A stretch of 61,604 bases of DNA, the filler included, from Choristocarpus tenellus KU-1152 (lineage: Eukaryota; Protista; Phaeophyceae): the NCBI GenBank assembly GCA_964200185.2. It is 10 parts of 10 records of this genome, joined end to end, with 100 filler letters (N's around TTAATTAATTAA, not from the genome) between each part and the next. Parts side by side here need not be neighbours in the genome. Positions count along the whole stretch, not along the records: positions 25,376 to 31,557 come from CAXNAD020008736.1; positions 31,658 to 35,912 come from CAXNAD020015459.1; positions 36,013 to 40,594 come from CAXNAD020013917.1; 7 more parts are not named here. One strand, 5' to 3'. The number at the start of each line of letters is the position of its first letter. Positions within the stretch are counted from its first letter, which is position 1. Below the pieces are notes generated by a model. The model made no database searches. It was not told the DNA's origin and worked only from the letters and a program-made list of their open reading frames with translations. Shown piece after piece: positions 26,706 to 40,365 of the stretch. A program made the position numbers and the translations under genes.

Positions 26706-28009
26706 CCCATCCGTTTCATTCCAAAAGAGAAGCAGTACCTAATTCACAACAATATTACTATTACTATTACTATTACTATTTGCAGTTACTTCAGCGTAAG
26801 AATCGCACTGGCTTTTTTTGTTTCCGAAGCGTTGATCAGAAAAACAACCCCGTCGGTTTTTTTCTCGATCAGAGATAAGCAATGAATCGGACTAAACATT
26901 ACCCCACACTTCCAGATACCCAAACTTTATATACGTAGTACTACTTACTCCTAAGCACATACCCCAGAGCGTAAGGACTGTCAATCCCCACGGCATATAC
27001 GCGTTCGAGCGCATACAACAAATAAAACGCTTCCATATCTTTTTAGTGATCAGTTTTTTTTGTTCTATCTCATCCCTGTCCTCTCCTCGTGCGTCTATGC
27101 GTAAATGCATGCATGCAAAAAAAAAAAAGGCTGCGAGCTTGGCCAATTTCATCATGCCCCCGGGTCCCGATCTGGTCGGGCACATGACGCGCGATTTGCT
27201 CAAGACTTCTAAACTTCCGTGGGCGGAGGAGAAGGGATACAAGCCCGTCAAGTCTTGGTACGAGGAGATGACCTTTGTTCTTAGAGAGGAGCTGCAAATG
27301 GTCATTGATGCTGCCGAGGAGGATCACTGTGATAATGGTGACGTTAATGGTGGTCGCGGAAAAGAGTGAGGCAGGAGGACAAAACCAAAACAAAGCAGGT
27401 GAATATATCTATATCTATATATACGGCAGTAGGTTTGGTAATGAATTGGAAGGCGTGCGGCTGAGGTAGGCGGAGCTTGCCTTGGCGTAGACGCGGGTTT
27501 TGTTTACAGCCCCCGTGCTCCTGGAGACCATGGTGATGTCATGCTCTCGCTACCACCATGCTACGTAGCTGCTCTTGACCTCCTTTTTGGCTCGGATCTT
27601 GTTATGAAGCGGAAAAGAGTTAACTGTTCGTGTACGACACTTTTTCAGGGGGGGTGGGCGGTGAGGGGAGGGGGTTGATAGGGAGAACGGTTTATGCCCG
27701 GTGCATTGACTGTTGGCCTAGGACTTGGTTTGTCTTGTATAGACTCTTTTTTTGTGTGTGTTGCACGGTTTCTACGACTAAGTTACTGTTCACTGTGCGA
27801 GCACTTTTTTAATTTTTATTTTCCTGTGTGTGACGTTTTTTGTGTTTTTCCTAGCTGTGTTGTTGGATTGGTGTGGTTATCTGATATTTATGTTGGTGTA
27901 TGTTACTCCGCACTTGATACCCTAGAGCTAGATGTTAGTTTTGTTTGAGGCTTTGGTCATACTGTTGTTTAGATGTTTTTTCTAGTGTATTGTTGAACTT
28001 GTGCTCAAC

Positions 28010-28400
28010 AACAGTACATCTTAGGGGCCTCTGACTTGAAGTAGAGATCACCCATCTGAGATTCGATGTTGTACTTTGGAGCTATACTTACCATTGTTAT
28101 ACTTCCAGTACAAGTACAAGAGTAGTTCAGAGTACCATTGTTGTACTTTCAGTACTAGTACAGTAGTACATCGGGGTACCATTGTTGTGCTTTCAGTACT
28201 CGCACAGGAATACTCCTGAATAAGAATGTGCTCAGTACAAGCATGGTGGTACTTTAGAGGACCAATTCTGTACTTTGTACAGGTACAGGAGTACCTACCT
28301 ACCTGTTACTTTGGCGTACTCAGAACTATACTACCATATCAATGCTGTATGAAGCATTCGCACATGAACTTGGTAGGAGTACAGTACTGAACCTAAGTAC
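28010..28400. repeat. GTAC-dense degenerate repeat tract
   Basis: About 20 GTAC tetramers counted by eye in ~390 bp, with repeated GTACCATTGTTGT(A/G)CTTTCAGTACT units. Confidence 0.7.
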
Positions 28401-30190
28401 GACTGACACTTGAACCCCCTGAAAGTATGGCACTGAAGAACATGACGAACACAAATATACTGAAGGCAGTTTCATGGTTGGTGACATGTTGTATTAATAT
28501 TTCCCACCTTAACTGTTTTTAATAATACTCTTGAATTCTTCTAGGGAGAAAGAATATGTTGCAGTCATTGTCTTCAAGACAAGGAGGTTAACCATGTTGG
28601 TAGATTAGATCAGGATTGAAGAACGCATGGGTCACGAGAACTCTATTCTTTTATGGTTGTTTTTGGATCAGTTGTGTTAGAATGGTGGATTGGCCTCGAG
28701 TGTTTGCTGGAGGGAACCCTTACTTGATGATGGAAGCTCACTCTCATATATCTGTATGCTCTATGTACAATAGCAATCAACATGTATTCAAGACATGCAC
28801 ATTTGGTCCTAGGGTATCGCAAGTTCCTTTGTACTCCAGAATGGTGGACATCAGTGTTGCAAAGTTATAGAGGAGCAATAAATATTTAGAGCATACCATT
28901 GCTGTCAGCTACAGGGTAAAGTTCAAATAGTTTAAGAACCACAGTAGTTGAGAGGTAGGCAGGGTTGCATTTTTTGTATCCCCACGAATAACGGCAAAAA
29001 TGTGTCATTTTGCTCTATGGCAGAAAGTAGCTTTGCTGAGCTGTGGTATCACTTTGTGTGTGAAAAAGGGTAGTATCGATTTTGTGTACACTTTTGTGGG
29101 GAGAAAGCAATTTAATGGGGTGTATCGCACACGGTAACAAATATGACTTAGAAAGTGAAAAGGGCGAACAACATGCCCACCTTTCAATTGCTTTCGCTCT
29201 AAGTGCAAACAACACCTTGGGTCATCATGTGCAAGAGCATTGTTGCGTGCACTTCATACTTGGCGTTGTTTGCGTAGTATATGTACACTCAGTTTTGTGG
29301 TGCTATTACTAATATTACAAATTTTGAAAGTGCATGTAAATATTGTGTATATATATAGATGCTACATTATTGAGTTGAAATGCCTTGATCAACGACACTA
29401 ACGATAACATTGAGGGTTAGGGTTAGAGGGGTTTGCAGAGTGGATGCACGCACATCCCATTGGCGCAATACGTAATCATTACTGTACTTCTTTTCAAACA
29501 TGGTTTGCGTTAATTGTCTGTTGTTGTCAGGGCAATGGTCGGTGCGATTTGCCCTACAAGTTCCGATACCAGTAATTGGTCGAGTACGACTTTCCGTCCT
29601 GTAACGTCTGCTTTGTGTAACCATGTCGCCTGTACCCATATTCTTAACTTTTACTTTTTACTACACATTTGTTTGGTTCTCTCTCAAACGATGGTGAGAG
29701 TTCAGAGGTTGATAAAACAGAGAGGCAGAGAGTGATACTGGAAGGAATGTGGACGAAGAAGAAAGAAGAGGTCACTACGGAAAAATTGGATAAACTGCAC
29801 TTCAGCTGTTCGAGACTACAATAGTCCATCCTGAGGTTCGTTGTCTCAGTCGTTGCTCAGGGTCATCAATATCTCTGCAACACCTGTTGCCTTGGACAAT
29901 ACTTGGGACCATTTGCACTGTGATGCCTGTTGTTCGCCAGACCCTTGTGGTCGTTTGTATCTACTGCTGTCGGGAAAGGCTTTGTCGAGATTGATGCTAA
30001 TACGTTCAATTGTGATATTTTGCTAACGGTTTTATGTTTTTCTGAGTGCATAACACGATGCATGCATCCTATTTATTGGCTCAATTGTGGCGATTCGCTC
30101 ATCTTATTGGTTCAAAGTGTGTATATATGCTTGCTTTTTGTTGGGCTGGTGTAATTATATGTGTGTGTTCTATTTGTTCGCGTAACCATT

Positions 30191-30505
30191 CATGCATCTT
30201 ATTGGCTCAATGAAGTAATCATATATATCTGCATACTTTTTGGTATCAATGCAATCATGTGTGTGTTCCATTGGCTCAGGGCAATAATACATGCATCTTG
30301 TTGGCTCAATGAAGTAATCATATCTGCATACTTTTTGGTATCAATGCAATCATGTGTGTGTTCCATTGGCTCAGGGCAATAATACATGCATCTTATTGGC
30401 TCAATGAAGTAATCATATATATCTGCATACTTTTTGGTATCAATGCAATCATGTACGTGTTCCATTGGCTCGAGGCAACAATACATGCATCTTATTGGCT
30501 CAATG
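30191..30505. repeat. ~99-bp tandem repeat (3+ copies) in an ATTGG-rich zone spanning about 30060-30725
   Basis: Units start at 30191, 30290, 30385 and 30484 (CATGCATCTTATTGGCTCAATGAAGTAATC...). Confidence 0.9.
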
Positions 30506-31480
30506 TAGTTACGCATACACCCTGTTGATTCAATGAAATTATACGTACATCCTATTGAGGTGATGTATTTCTACATGCACTGTACATGTATGGTAAGTGT
30601 TACAATACATGTGTCATACGTAATTGGTTCAGTTTAACTACAATGTACACACATCATTTTTGACTAATGATATTGGCTAAATGTAACAATACATACATGT
30701 GTACATGCATTCTATTGGCTCAATGTTGCTCTTCAAATCCTGTCCCCTGGAGCTCTCCTGCCCCATACCCTTGGCATGAGCCTATTCTGCCTTAACCTTA
30801 TCATATACTACAGAGTGTAAGTCCAGGGTTAGGAAGGGTCAGTGTCCCATCCACATCACACACAATCAACTCCTAGGTTAGGACATTATAAACATCATTT
30901 TGCAGACAGGCGTAACTTGTTACCCAACACCATAGAAAGATGGTTGAAACTTTGGTGGAGTAAGTGTAAGGGCGTCTTAGGAGAGATGTACGGGGGATGA
31001 ATAATGTATCCTAACGAAGCTGACACAGACGACCTACACGCACCTCTCCTTTCTCGCCACCGTGGATTCAATTCTGCTGTCGCCACCTGACAGTGCCCTC
31101 CCCGATCTATCTATCAATATACATGTATGTGTGTGTGTTTTTAATTATTACCTTGTGAAACTACAACAAGATGCCGTTAATGCCAGAAAGCACTGTATGA
31201 TACTAATCAAAACTTGAAAAAAAAAAACAGTACGGATGTATGCTCCGGTTACTAGTAGGGAGTGAACTGGACACTTAACACACATCAACAATAATGGCAT
31301 GATGATACCTATGAACATTGAATGTTGGATTCCCCCTTCTCCTCCGGCCCACAGCAAAAAGCTGTGGGGAAATCTGAAATAATTGTTTTGAATGGCAAAG
31401 TAGTAGGGTATTCACAACCTTTGCTAAAGGGTGAAAATATATATATAGATTTTTTTAATCACTTTATAAAAAAAAAAAAT

Positions 31481-31557
31481 GGGTCAAAGCATCTCGGGGG
31501 GGGGGGGGGGGGGGGGGGTTTTGGTGGGGGGTTGCGGGCGGACAAAAAAACGTGTTT
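31481..31557 (+). mobile_element. Poly-G TIR (GRG family) at contig end
   Basis: GGGTCAAAGCATCTC-G(n). Confidence 0.7.
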
Positions 31558-31788
31558 NNNNNNNNNNNNNNNNNNNNNNNNNNNNNNNNNNNNNNNNNNN
31601 NTTAATTAATTAANNNNNNNNNNNNNNNNNNNNNNNNNNNNNNNNNNNNNNNNNNNNGGGCATTATCCCACACAAGCCCTCCCCCACAACCAGACCCCCT
31701 GACACAAACATACATCGTATGTAACCGACAATGGGCAAATTCACAAAACAAGACTAAAAGTACAAAATCACATGTAAAAATAGATCAC

Positions 31789-33687
31789 CTTTGTTTCTCC
31801 TTTGTCCTCAGCAGGAAATTTTGCGCTGACATGGTTGATGAAAGGTGGAGAGCAGGGAAGATTATGTACACCCCCATCATCCAGTGTGCCCCCCAGTTGC
31901 CCCCCAGTCCCAATGCCACTTAGACTTTCGTTCCCTGCCTCTTCCTGAACTGCTGACTCCTGCTCTCCTTGCCCTTCTGCCCCTCCCAGCACCGACACTG
32001 CATGTTGGCCCCTGCCCCCTCCCAAATGTGTCGCCCCTGCCCCAACAACTGATTTAACTTTGCCGTCCTCAAGACAGAAGTAGGTGAGCAACTTTAATCT
32101 CATCGCTCTGGTGATGGTTATTGGGGAGGGGGGGTTCACACCTCCCACCTGTTGCTCAAAGAGGGGGTTTCCTGGATGACAAGGTGGAAGGGTGCGGGCA
32201 GCAAGTTTTCACACTGCAAAGGTAGGGTTGGGTCCAGAATAATATATTTCTAAACCTCTTCTTCCTATTTAATTCTTGTGAGAATGTCCTTCGTCGCTGC
32301 TACCAGCAGATAGACTGTTCAATGATACAATTACGAATAAGAGATCTGTGCGAGAAACTGACAGAATATGAGCAGCATGAGACCTAAACTACAGATTACA
32401 TAGCTTTTGGGATGTGGGAAAATCATCTATAGTTTTGTTGTCATCCTGTAGTGGGTAGGTGGAACAAAGGAGAAGACGAGGAGAGGCAAGAAACTGCACT
32501 AATAGGATTGGGATGTGAGGGCAAGCATACAAGAAGTGCACATGAACATATAGATGAGGAGGGCAAGTTAAGGCAATGACAGACCGAAAGCTAAGGTAGT
32601 GACAGTAGTGAAAGGAAAGGGGGAGAGGGCGAAGTCAACAACAGACTCACCATATACCTCCTCGAAAATTTCAGGTCCCCAAGAACGCCTAACTAGCACC
32701 GTGAAGTAGGCACCAAGTACAAAGACAGCTACCACAACGAGGTGGTTGACACAGCTGCACTGGATAAGATTGTACACCACGAGCGAGAGGCAAAGCTGGG
32801 AGGGGAGGACGAAGTGGTTGGGTGTAAACTGTTTGCAGAAAACGTTTAAAACCAAAAGACCATCCGTCGAAATGTCGAGGTCGCCAATCAAGCAGCGTGG
32901 TGTCTATCGCGACTTGGCGATAGAAGGTCCACAAATACATGTTTAGAATATCCCCGATTTTAAGATGGGGAATGCACAACCATTTTCACCACAAGCAAAC
33001 TTGCACTAGTAATAAAGCTGATTTCTTTGAGGTTATGTCAAAGATGCTGTTATTAAAATTTATATCCACTGACACTGTGTCGATGTTTTCAGAGTGGAGA
33101 GAGAACACACAACATAACACAAGAATAACTAAGGTAAACTGTCTTCCTAAGCCTCTCTACAGCACTTATACTCCAGTTGATGTCTTAAGGATATTGCATG
33201 ATACCCTAAAATAAGAAGCTGATGATACAGCTGTGCAGCTAGACTAGGGTTATGGACGCAGTATAGAAACGAGGGAAGAATTGGTTGAATCTGCCGCGCC
33301 CTGTCTGACCCATCATCACTGTGTTTCCAGATCAAGGCGCAAGAAATGCCCTGGCAGAGAGATAACCGCAGCCAACATACTCCCAAATCGGACCTTTCTC
33401 CAACACGCACACAAAATATCCCCGACAATACACTAGTAATTGCTGAAGGGGGTGGTTGAGTCAAAGATGACCTGCATAGCGAGTTCGGGGATAGTGAGAA
33501 GAGTGCAGAATTTACTCACCGAAAACGCCACACTCATAGTCAAGACCTTCAGACTGGCGGACCTGTTCGCATCTCGATGGGAGGGAACTCTTTCCGTCGA
33601 TACAACTGGTAAGATCGGTCTTGGACTCAAAACCTCTCCCCCCTCCTCAGCGAACGTGGGGGCCGTGGCATTGCTGACCTGGGCCAT
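31789..33687 (-). CDS. Putative multi-exon membrane protein gene, unknown family
   Basis: Candidate exons 33520-33687 (MAQVSNATAP..SLKVLTMSVAFS, GTGAGT donor), 33320-33432 (CIVGDILCACWRKVRFGSMLAAVISLPG), 32658-32795 (LCLSLVVYNL..LVVVAVFVLGAYFTVLVRR) and 31789-32148. One small exon is unresolved and no homologue was recognised. Confidence 0.35.
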
Positions 33688-34104
33688 CAGGACTGTACTG
33701 TTTCGATATTTTTTTGTCTTATGCAGCGTCTCAAGGAAGAGACTTGACAACTACACAAGCTCTGTTATTGCCACTCTTTCTCCCCTTACCTTCCTCTCAA
33801 ATCTATCATTCCTTCGGTGGATTTGCTTGCCTACTCCATCCTACAAATCCTCCACCAAAAACTTCTACTACTACTCTCCCAATCAGATTAATCCGTTTGC
33901 CCGGTATGTGGTAATACTTCAACTTTCAAAGAGTATACCTACAAAAAAAGTTGCTGAAAAGTTATTTTTGTGATACAGAAACACAAACTTCTTACAGGTT
34001 TATCTATGCAAAATGATACAGAACTGTCTGCGTGTACAAACGACGAAACCTTGGACGTCTACTCAACCTGTCCTACCAACTAGACCAATATCTCCCCACG
34101 AATT

Positions 34105-34440
34105 TTGCCTCTGATGCGATGGTTGCCTGCACCTTGGAGGACGGCAGCCCCTTCAACATCAATTGAAACTTCCGTAAGGATACGGTCTCCGTTCAGGAGT
34201 TATCTCCAATGCACCTACTGTCCTTTAAGGGGAAATGGGAGTAACCCTGGATGTATGTGGCCTTCTTCGCTGAAGTGCAAGCAGATTTCGACCTCCTCAG
34301 CTCATCAAACAACAACGGCGTCACCACTGCTGCAGTAGAAGGCCGTAAGCGTATCCACAACGAGGAATCTTCTGGCCCTTATTATTTCAACCTCAACAAT
34401 TTCGACGTAGAAATAAGCTTCAGGCTTCTTGGTACACGGG
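34105..34440 (+). pseudogene. Remnant of an unidentified repeated coding element (copy 2)
   Basis: Homologous to 24900-25246, with in-frame stops. Confidence 0.5.
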
Positions 34441-35175
34441 CGGAGCTATTTCATTATGAGCTGGTGACTCGATGTAGGAGGTTAGGAGGCGAGGGTTTCA
34501 GCAGAAAGGGGACTGTAGAATCGCGTTTAGGACGGACTGTTTCAGTCACTACTGAATGAACTGGTCATCTCCATAATAGTGTTCAGCTTTAAATTTGAGA
34601 CTTCAGGTTGATGAGCTAGAATGAGCTAGTAGAGGTTTGACAGATTCTTTCCATTTCTTCTTGCTCGCCTTTACAGATTCAGTTCAGGAATGATGTTTTT
34701 CGTTGTTTTCATCCTTTGTTTTACATACAATACCTTCCTTTGTGGTTGGTGTATTTGATACACTAGTTTTTTCTGTGGTTACGTTGTTTCTTGCATATTC
34801 TTTACACGATCTGGTCCAATGCCTGAATCTGCATGGTTACAGTATCCTGATTAGAAGGGCGAAGGTCTCCTTATTTAATGGCAAATGATATGACCACCTT
34901 CACTACCTCTTTCATCATCCTTCTATGTGTCTTGGACAAAATTACCCACATCGTCATCAGGATAAAGCATACCCCCCCAAAGTTGTTCAAGTATTGCCTC
35001 ACTTATGATCCTGGTCCTAATGACAAGAAGGTGCTTGGAGATGGGAGGGTCAGCGATGCACTCCTTAATATACTTTTAGGAACATATTAGGTAGTATAGT
35101 TATGATATATTGAAGTACCACTATATGTCAAGAAAATATTTTGAATTAAGACGAAACATTATATTATATTTATTA

Positions 35176-35275
35176 TGCCCTGTGACATTTTGCAGATGTG
35201 TCAAACATTATATTATTTGCCCTCTGACATTTTGCAGATGTGTCAGAGGGGAAACCAATAAAAACTATACATATG
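35176..35275. repeat. Dispersed repeat family C (core TGACATTTTGCAGATGTGTCA), locally duplicated
   Basis: The core occurs twice here, with reverse-complement copies at about 39303-39335 and 50832-50895. Confidence 0.75.
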
Positions 35276-36046
35276 TCGTTATTTGCCCTAAGGAAATAAA
35301 ATAACCTAAACATAAGAACACTCTAAAAAATGTTTATTTTACCCTATATTTAGATCTTTAAAAAAGATCGAAAAATCAATATACTATTTATTATTATTAT
35401 TGTAGTGGTACCAATAGCTCATGCATCTGGGGTTGTCGTGTCATAACCTTTGATGTAGACATCGGATTTAAAAAATAAAAGCGTATTCGTGATGCTTGTC
35501 ATAATTTGCCTCCAGCGTACGGGCTTCGCATTTTTTTTCGCGATTGTTTCTCTTTTTGAAGAAAAAGTCACCATATTGAGGTTCGAACCCTGGATTGTAG
35601 GTCACCAAGAGTAGCAACAGGTATACTATTACTCGATTGAAGTATAGGGTTTAGACGGGAAAAAAGCCAACCTACCCTTTCTTCCTGTGTGTTCGCGCAC
35701 CCACTCTTTGACCTCGACAAGGATGTCCTCGTCGAGGCCCAGAACGAAACGCCTCTCATCGCGCCCTTACTCCGACACCTTCATGTGGCCCTTAGGAGAT
35801 CTCTCTCCCATTTACTCACAGTTTCAGACCTGACCATCTCCTATCCTGCTGCCATCTCAAGCGCTGTTTGACAGTCTTTCTCATCATTCATACACAGGTA
35901 CAGGATTCGCAGNNNNNNNNNNNNNNNNNNNNNNNNNNNNNNNNNNNNNNNNNNNNTTAATTAATTAANNNNNNNNNNNNNNNNNNNNNNNNNNNNNNNN
36001 NNNNNNNNNNNNGAGAAAGGGATAGGGGGGAAAAAAGAAGAAAGGT

Positions 36047-36083
<37 letters not shown>

Positions 36084-39000
36084 AGGGGAGTGGTCAGGGC
36101 AATGAGACACAGATATTTAGACACAAAAGGGAAAATCTCAAAAATACAGGTGTTCCACTAGAGTATTGTAAATTTGGTGCGTATTTATGTACACGTGGGA
36201 GTGGTGGGAACATGAGAAATAAAAAAAAGAAGGAAAGAGACTTGCAATACTTTCTTTTTTTTCAAAGATAGAACCATACAGCCCAGTAGGCCGTAAACCG
36301 ATCTGCAAAAAAAAATCTGGAATTTTTGGGGGAGTAAGAAGATGGAGTTTGGCGGAGTGGTTTAACGCTATCCATTTACCGTCAACGGTACAAGAAATTG
36401 TTACATATATACCGTCGACAGTTTCGTTCGTAGTCATACCGTATCACTGACTAAACTTAAAGAGTTAATCAAAATGTCAGAGCTGCGCGTCATTTAATCC
36501 CAAGAAGGAGTCCATCCAAGGCATATATATCACCCCCCCGAAGATAGCAAAAAGGAGAATGACATCTTGTAGACATGATGGAACACATCACTATTGCATT
36601 GCCTTCGTTATAATTTCTTCCTTCTGCATTACTGGACACTTTACAGTGCCAGACCCAACGTGAAAGACATATATTACAACAGTACCACCTCTTTGGATAG
36701 GTCAAAAGGAACAAGCAAGCTCCGCATCAATAGAAGAGAGTCAGCTCAAAAACTAGCCAATGGGAAGAGGGCACTGCTGTAACCTTAGGGCTCGTGGTCT
36801 CTATTGCTGACATGTGCTGTCCACTGATTAAAAAAACGAACAGTGGTGTTTGGCGAGGAAATCCTTAAGAGAACTTATTTACATACTTCAAAAAAATTAA
36901 TTCTAACCCTACAGGAAACAAGGGGGAACAAGGGGGTAGTTCACTTTTGTATCTTCTAACCCTAACCCTAACCCTAACTTCAAGTACAACCACTCGATAT
37001 CAATATTCCCCTCTTCCTCCTCTCTCTCTCCCCCCCAACTTACCAGCAATAAAAAATACTATAGATACTACGAGCATCACCACAGCACTTTCAACCAATA
37101 GAAAAGCCTAAACATCACATTCTGCCAATGGGATGGATGGAGAAATTTTCGCCGCGACCTCCCCTTGATGCCGTCAGTATTTAAAAAATACAAAAAAAAA
37201 GATGAAGCAAAAGACTCCTTGTAGATGGAAATGGTAAGTATACATACATATATACACACAAACAACACATTTGGCATCAAGTTGCAGTAGTCTCTCCAGA
37301 CTCTCAAACTAATGACTTCAACAACCAAGGTGAGATACACGTGACAAGGTCACCTACAGAATCAACACAAGAGGGGGTAGGATTTCTCTCCGTCCTGAGA
37401 AGACACTCGCCGTCCATTCCGTGCTTACGCTTTTCTCAAACCTTCACCAAATGTAACCGATTTTTCACTTCTCATGCTTAAATATAGGACAAACTCTAAC
37501 TCCACACCTAACCCTCTAACCAACTCCTTCCGTTGCTAGCAAAATCTCCAATTACCCTCTGTCTTACAATTCTCATGAAAAGGAAGGGGCAGGGGGCGCA
37601 AGGAATCAACAGATTAATCGCACAAAGCTACACAACCTAAACAACTAGTCTTTGTTATTGGTAAGAGTCTTGACCCTAACCCTAACCCATAGACACCGAT
37701 ATTAGTCGCAAAAATCGAGAGTGTAGTGCCCACCTCCCAACTTGTGCGTTTGTGTGAAGGAAGGCTGCTGCTCCTCCCCCCCCAGCACCATAATTTCATC
37801 ATCATCACTCTGAGTTGAAGCTCCTCTACCGAAGAAATTCATGTTTTTGCGTGGAAAGCTTTGAGGTTGGGCTCCTGCTTAATTCTCCTAGCCCACCCAG
37901 TTAAAACGTCTTCCCTGGTGTAAGCACATGAAACAGCCCGTCAGAAAAGACTGAAACCTTAGAACTCAAAGATGACTAGCACTTCTGTTATTGTGGGGGT
38001 GTGACATCAGACATCAGTGTTTCTTAAGGCAAACATTTCATTTTCTGGGAAGGAGTGAAGGCACCCTATTCCCAGGGAAGGCGAAACATATTCTACTTCT
38101 CATCTGCTGAACTGAGCAAAAATATTTGTGGTATGTACAAGTAAATGCAGTTCTCTCTGACACAGTGCATACCTAAAGCATAAGGGGGCAATCTGGTCAA
38201 ATGGCAAAGTGCACTCTTTGTCATAACATATCGCATGTTCACCTTCCACAGTCCCTTCTGAATGGTTTTTGAATTGTTAAGGAGGGGTGTCTAAGCACAA
38301 TATCAGCACGATGTCGTTTTCTCACGTAGGTCGAAGCTAAGCCGTAGATGTCCTACACCACTGCCTTGTGTTACTCTTTCCCATTCGCAACAGGAACTAT
38401 AGGAATAAGGGTTCTTTCCTCTCCCCTCTCCCCTCTCCCCTCTCTACTATTTATACACCAATCGTTTTCGGAACAAGGCGGGTGCATCCAGTGTGGCATT
38501 GGTGACCATTTCCAGACACACAGGCTGCACTGTCCTACCCATCGATAAAACACATAGTAAACAAGAAGGAACGAGGTGAGTTAACAGCCAACACCTGAAG
38601 GACAGGCAACAAATAAAGGACAGGCAACATAACCATATCATGAGGATCAGATTTCCATGTCCACACGAGGGCTTCCACATTACTCGGACAAATGTAATTG
38701 AAGTACTGAGAGTCAAGGTGTGACTTGATATGCAAATACCCACCAATTGCCTCCACTCGCAGAAGGAACAGGACTGTTTCGTCGACTGAATACCTGCAAG
38801 TGAAACTTCTCACTGCTCACGGGGTTAGTGCAGTCTTGTTTTAGATGCAGTGTCAATATGGATCGATATGCTTCGGATATAACCCTCCTGCGGTCTTATT
38901 CCAGTCCTTGAAAGAGGGGTTGGAATCTGCCACATCCGATATTGGTTAGGGTATTTTGTTGCAACTATCCGATATTTCATTTGCCCAAGAAGAATATTCC

Positions 39001-39502
39001 TGGATACAAATCAGAAAAGAGTTGAAATGTTCGAATTACTCACCTCTTTCTTCAATTTAAACCACAATTGTCTGTTTAATATGATAGATGCTACAACAAT
39101 GTTGTTGATATGACTCTTCTCTTTTTTGGGGTGAGGTAGTAGATGTTGGATTTTCTCTTCTTTCGATACACTTCTATCTCTTCAATACTATATTATATAT
39201 ACTATTATCCCTTCTCACATTTTGTAGATGTATAACACAAAAACCAAAACATAATCATACAACAATATCTCTAACATATTAATTACATATATGATATTAT
39301 TATGACACATCTGCAAAATGTCACAGGGCATAAAAATATAAATAAATAAATATTATTATGATATTTTCGAGGTGTGTTAGAAAAATAAGGAAAAACTATT
39401 CATTAATTGCATCAGATCGGACATCATCCCCACACCTTGCTCTCTTCTATTCGTTCGTCCTTCCTTTATGGTCGTTTTTTTTCAAGTGTGTTCTTTTTGG
39501 GG

Positions 39503-39679
39503 TAAGGGGTAGTGTTCAAGTGAGTGTTGTGATTCTTCTCACTCCTTACACACTTTTTTTATACTTACACTATATGAAGTACTAGATTTATTTTTGGATA
39601 AGGGGTAGTGTCCAAGTGAGTGTTGTGATTCTTCTCACTCCTTACACACTTTTCTTATAGTTACACTTTATGAAGTACT
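39503..39679. repeat. 96-bp direct duplication
   Basis: TAAGGGGTAGTGT(T/C)CAAGTGAGTGTTGTGATTCTTCTCACTCCTTACACACTTTT.. at 39503 and 39599. Confidence 0.85.
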
Positions 39680-40220
39680 CGATTGGATTGGGGGATGTTG
39701 TGTATAGATAGTAATTCAATTTCACAAACCTGCCTACTTCTCAATTGATTTTCCTCTATGGACTATATAACCCATATACTACCTCCCCTGAATCTCATGG
39801 AATAGGTTCAAAAACTCCCACCCCGTCTCTCTCGAAACTTCTACTTAACCCACCCTGAAGTTTTCCACCTCGATCTTAGCCTGGCGTTTTTGTAGCATAG
39901 TACAGGCAGGATAGTACAGGATATCGTGTACAATCCGTTCAACATTTGCTGCATGGAATAGCATCATCAAAACCAGACTGTCGTTGAAGAAAGTCCAGCA
40001 TCGAGAGGCTCAAACCCGCAATATTCCAGTATGTGCGTTATACACTTGTTGACTGGCAACAAACGTGCACATCTGGAAATATCATAAACCGTTATAATAT
40101 GTGTAGATGAGGTTCCAACCATAATAACATTAGAAAATATATTTTCCTGTACTGGATGGAACATTCGTTCATTAAGCAATGAGCTAAGTGGACTCTCAAC
40201 GAATTCAACCATATATTTTG

Positions 40221-40365
40221 AGGATTTGAATGTGTGTGATGTGTGCTCCTTGTGTGTGTCAAATGTATCGATATTATCATTAGAAATCGCTTAGGATTTG
40301 AATATGGGTGATGTGTGCTCCATGTGTGTGTCAAATGCACCGTTATTATCATTAGTAATCGCTTA
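40221..40365. repeat. 72-bp direct duplication
   Basis: AGGATTTGAAT..GTGATGTGTGCTCC..GTGTGTGTCAAATG.. at 40221 and 40293. Confidence 0.8.

Noticed and set aside
33440-33973. 177-aa plus-strand ORF as a gene or integrase
   Set aside because: No convincing motif. The opposite strand has an ATG and phase-consistent splice sites, so this is probably an antisense shadow.
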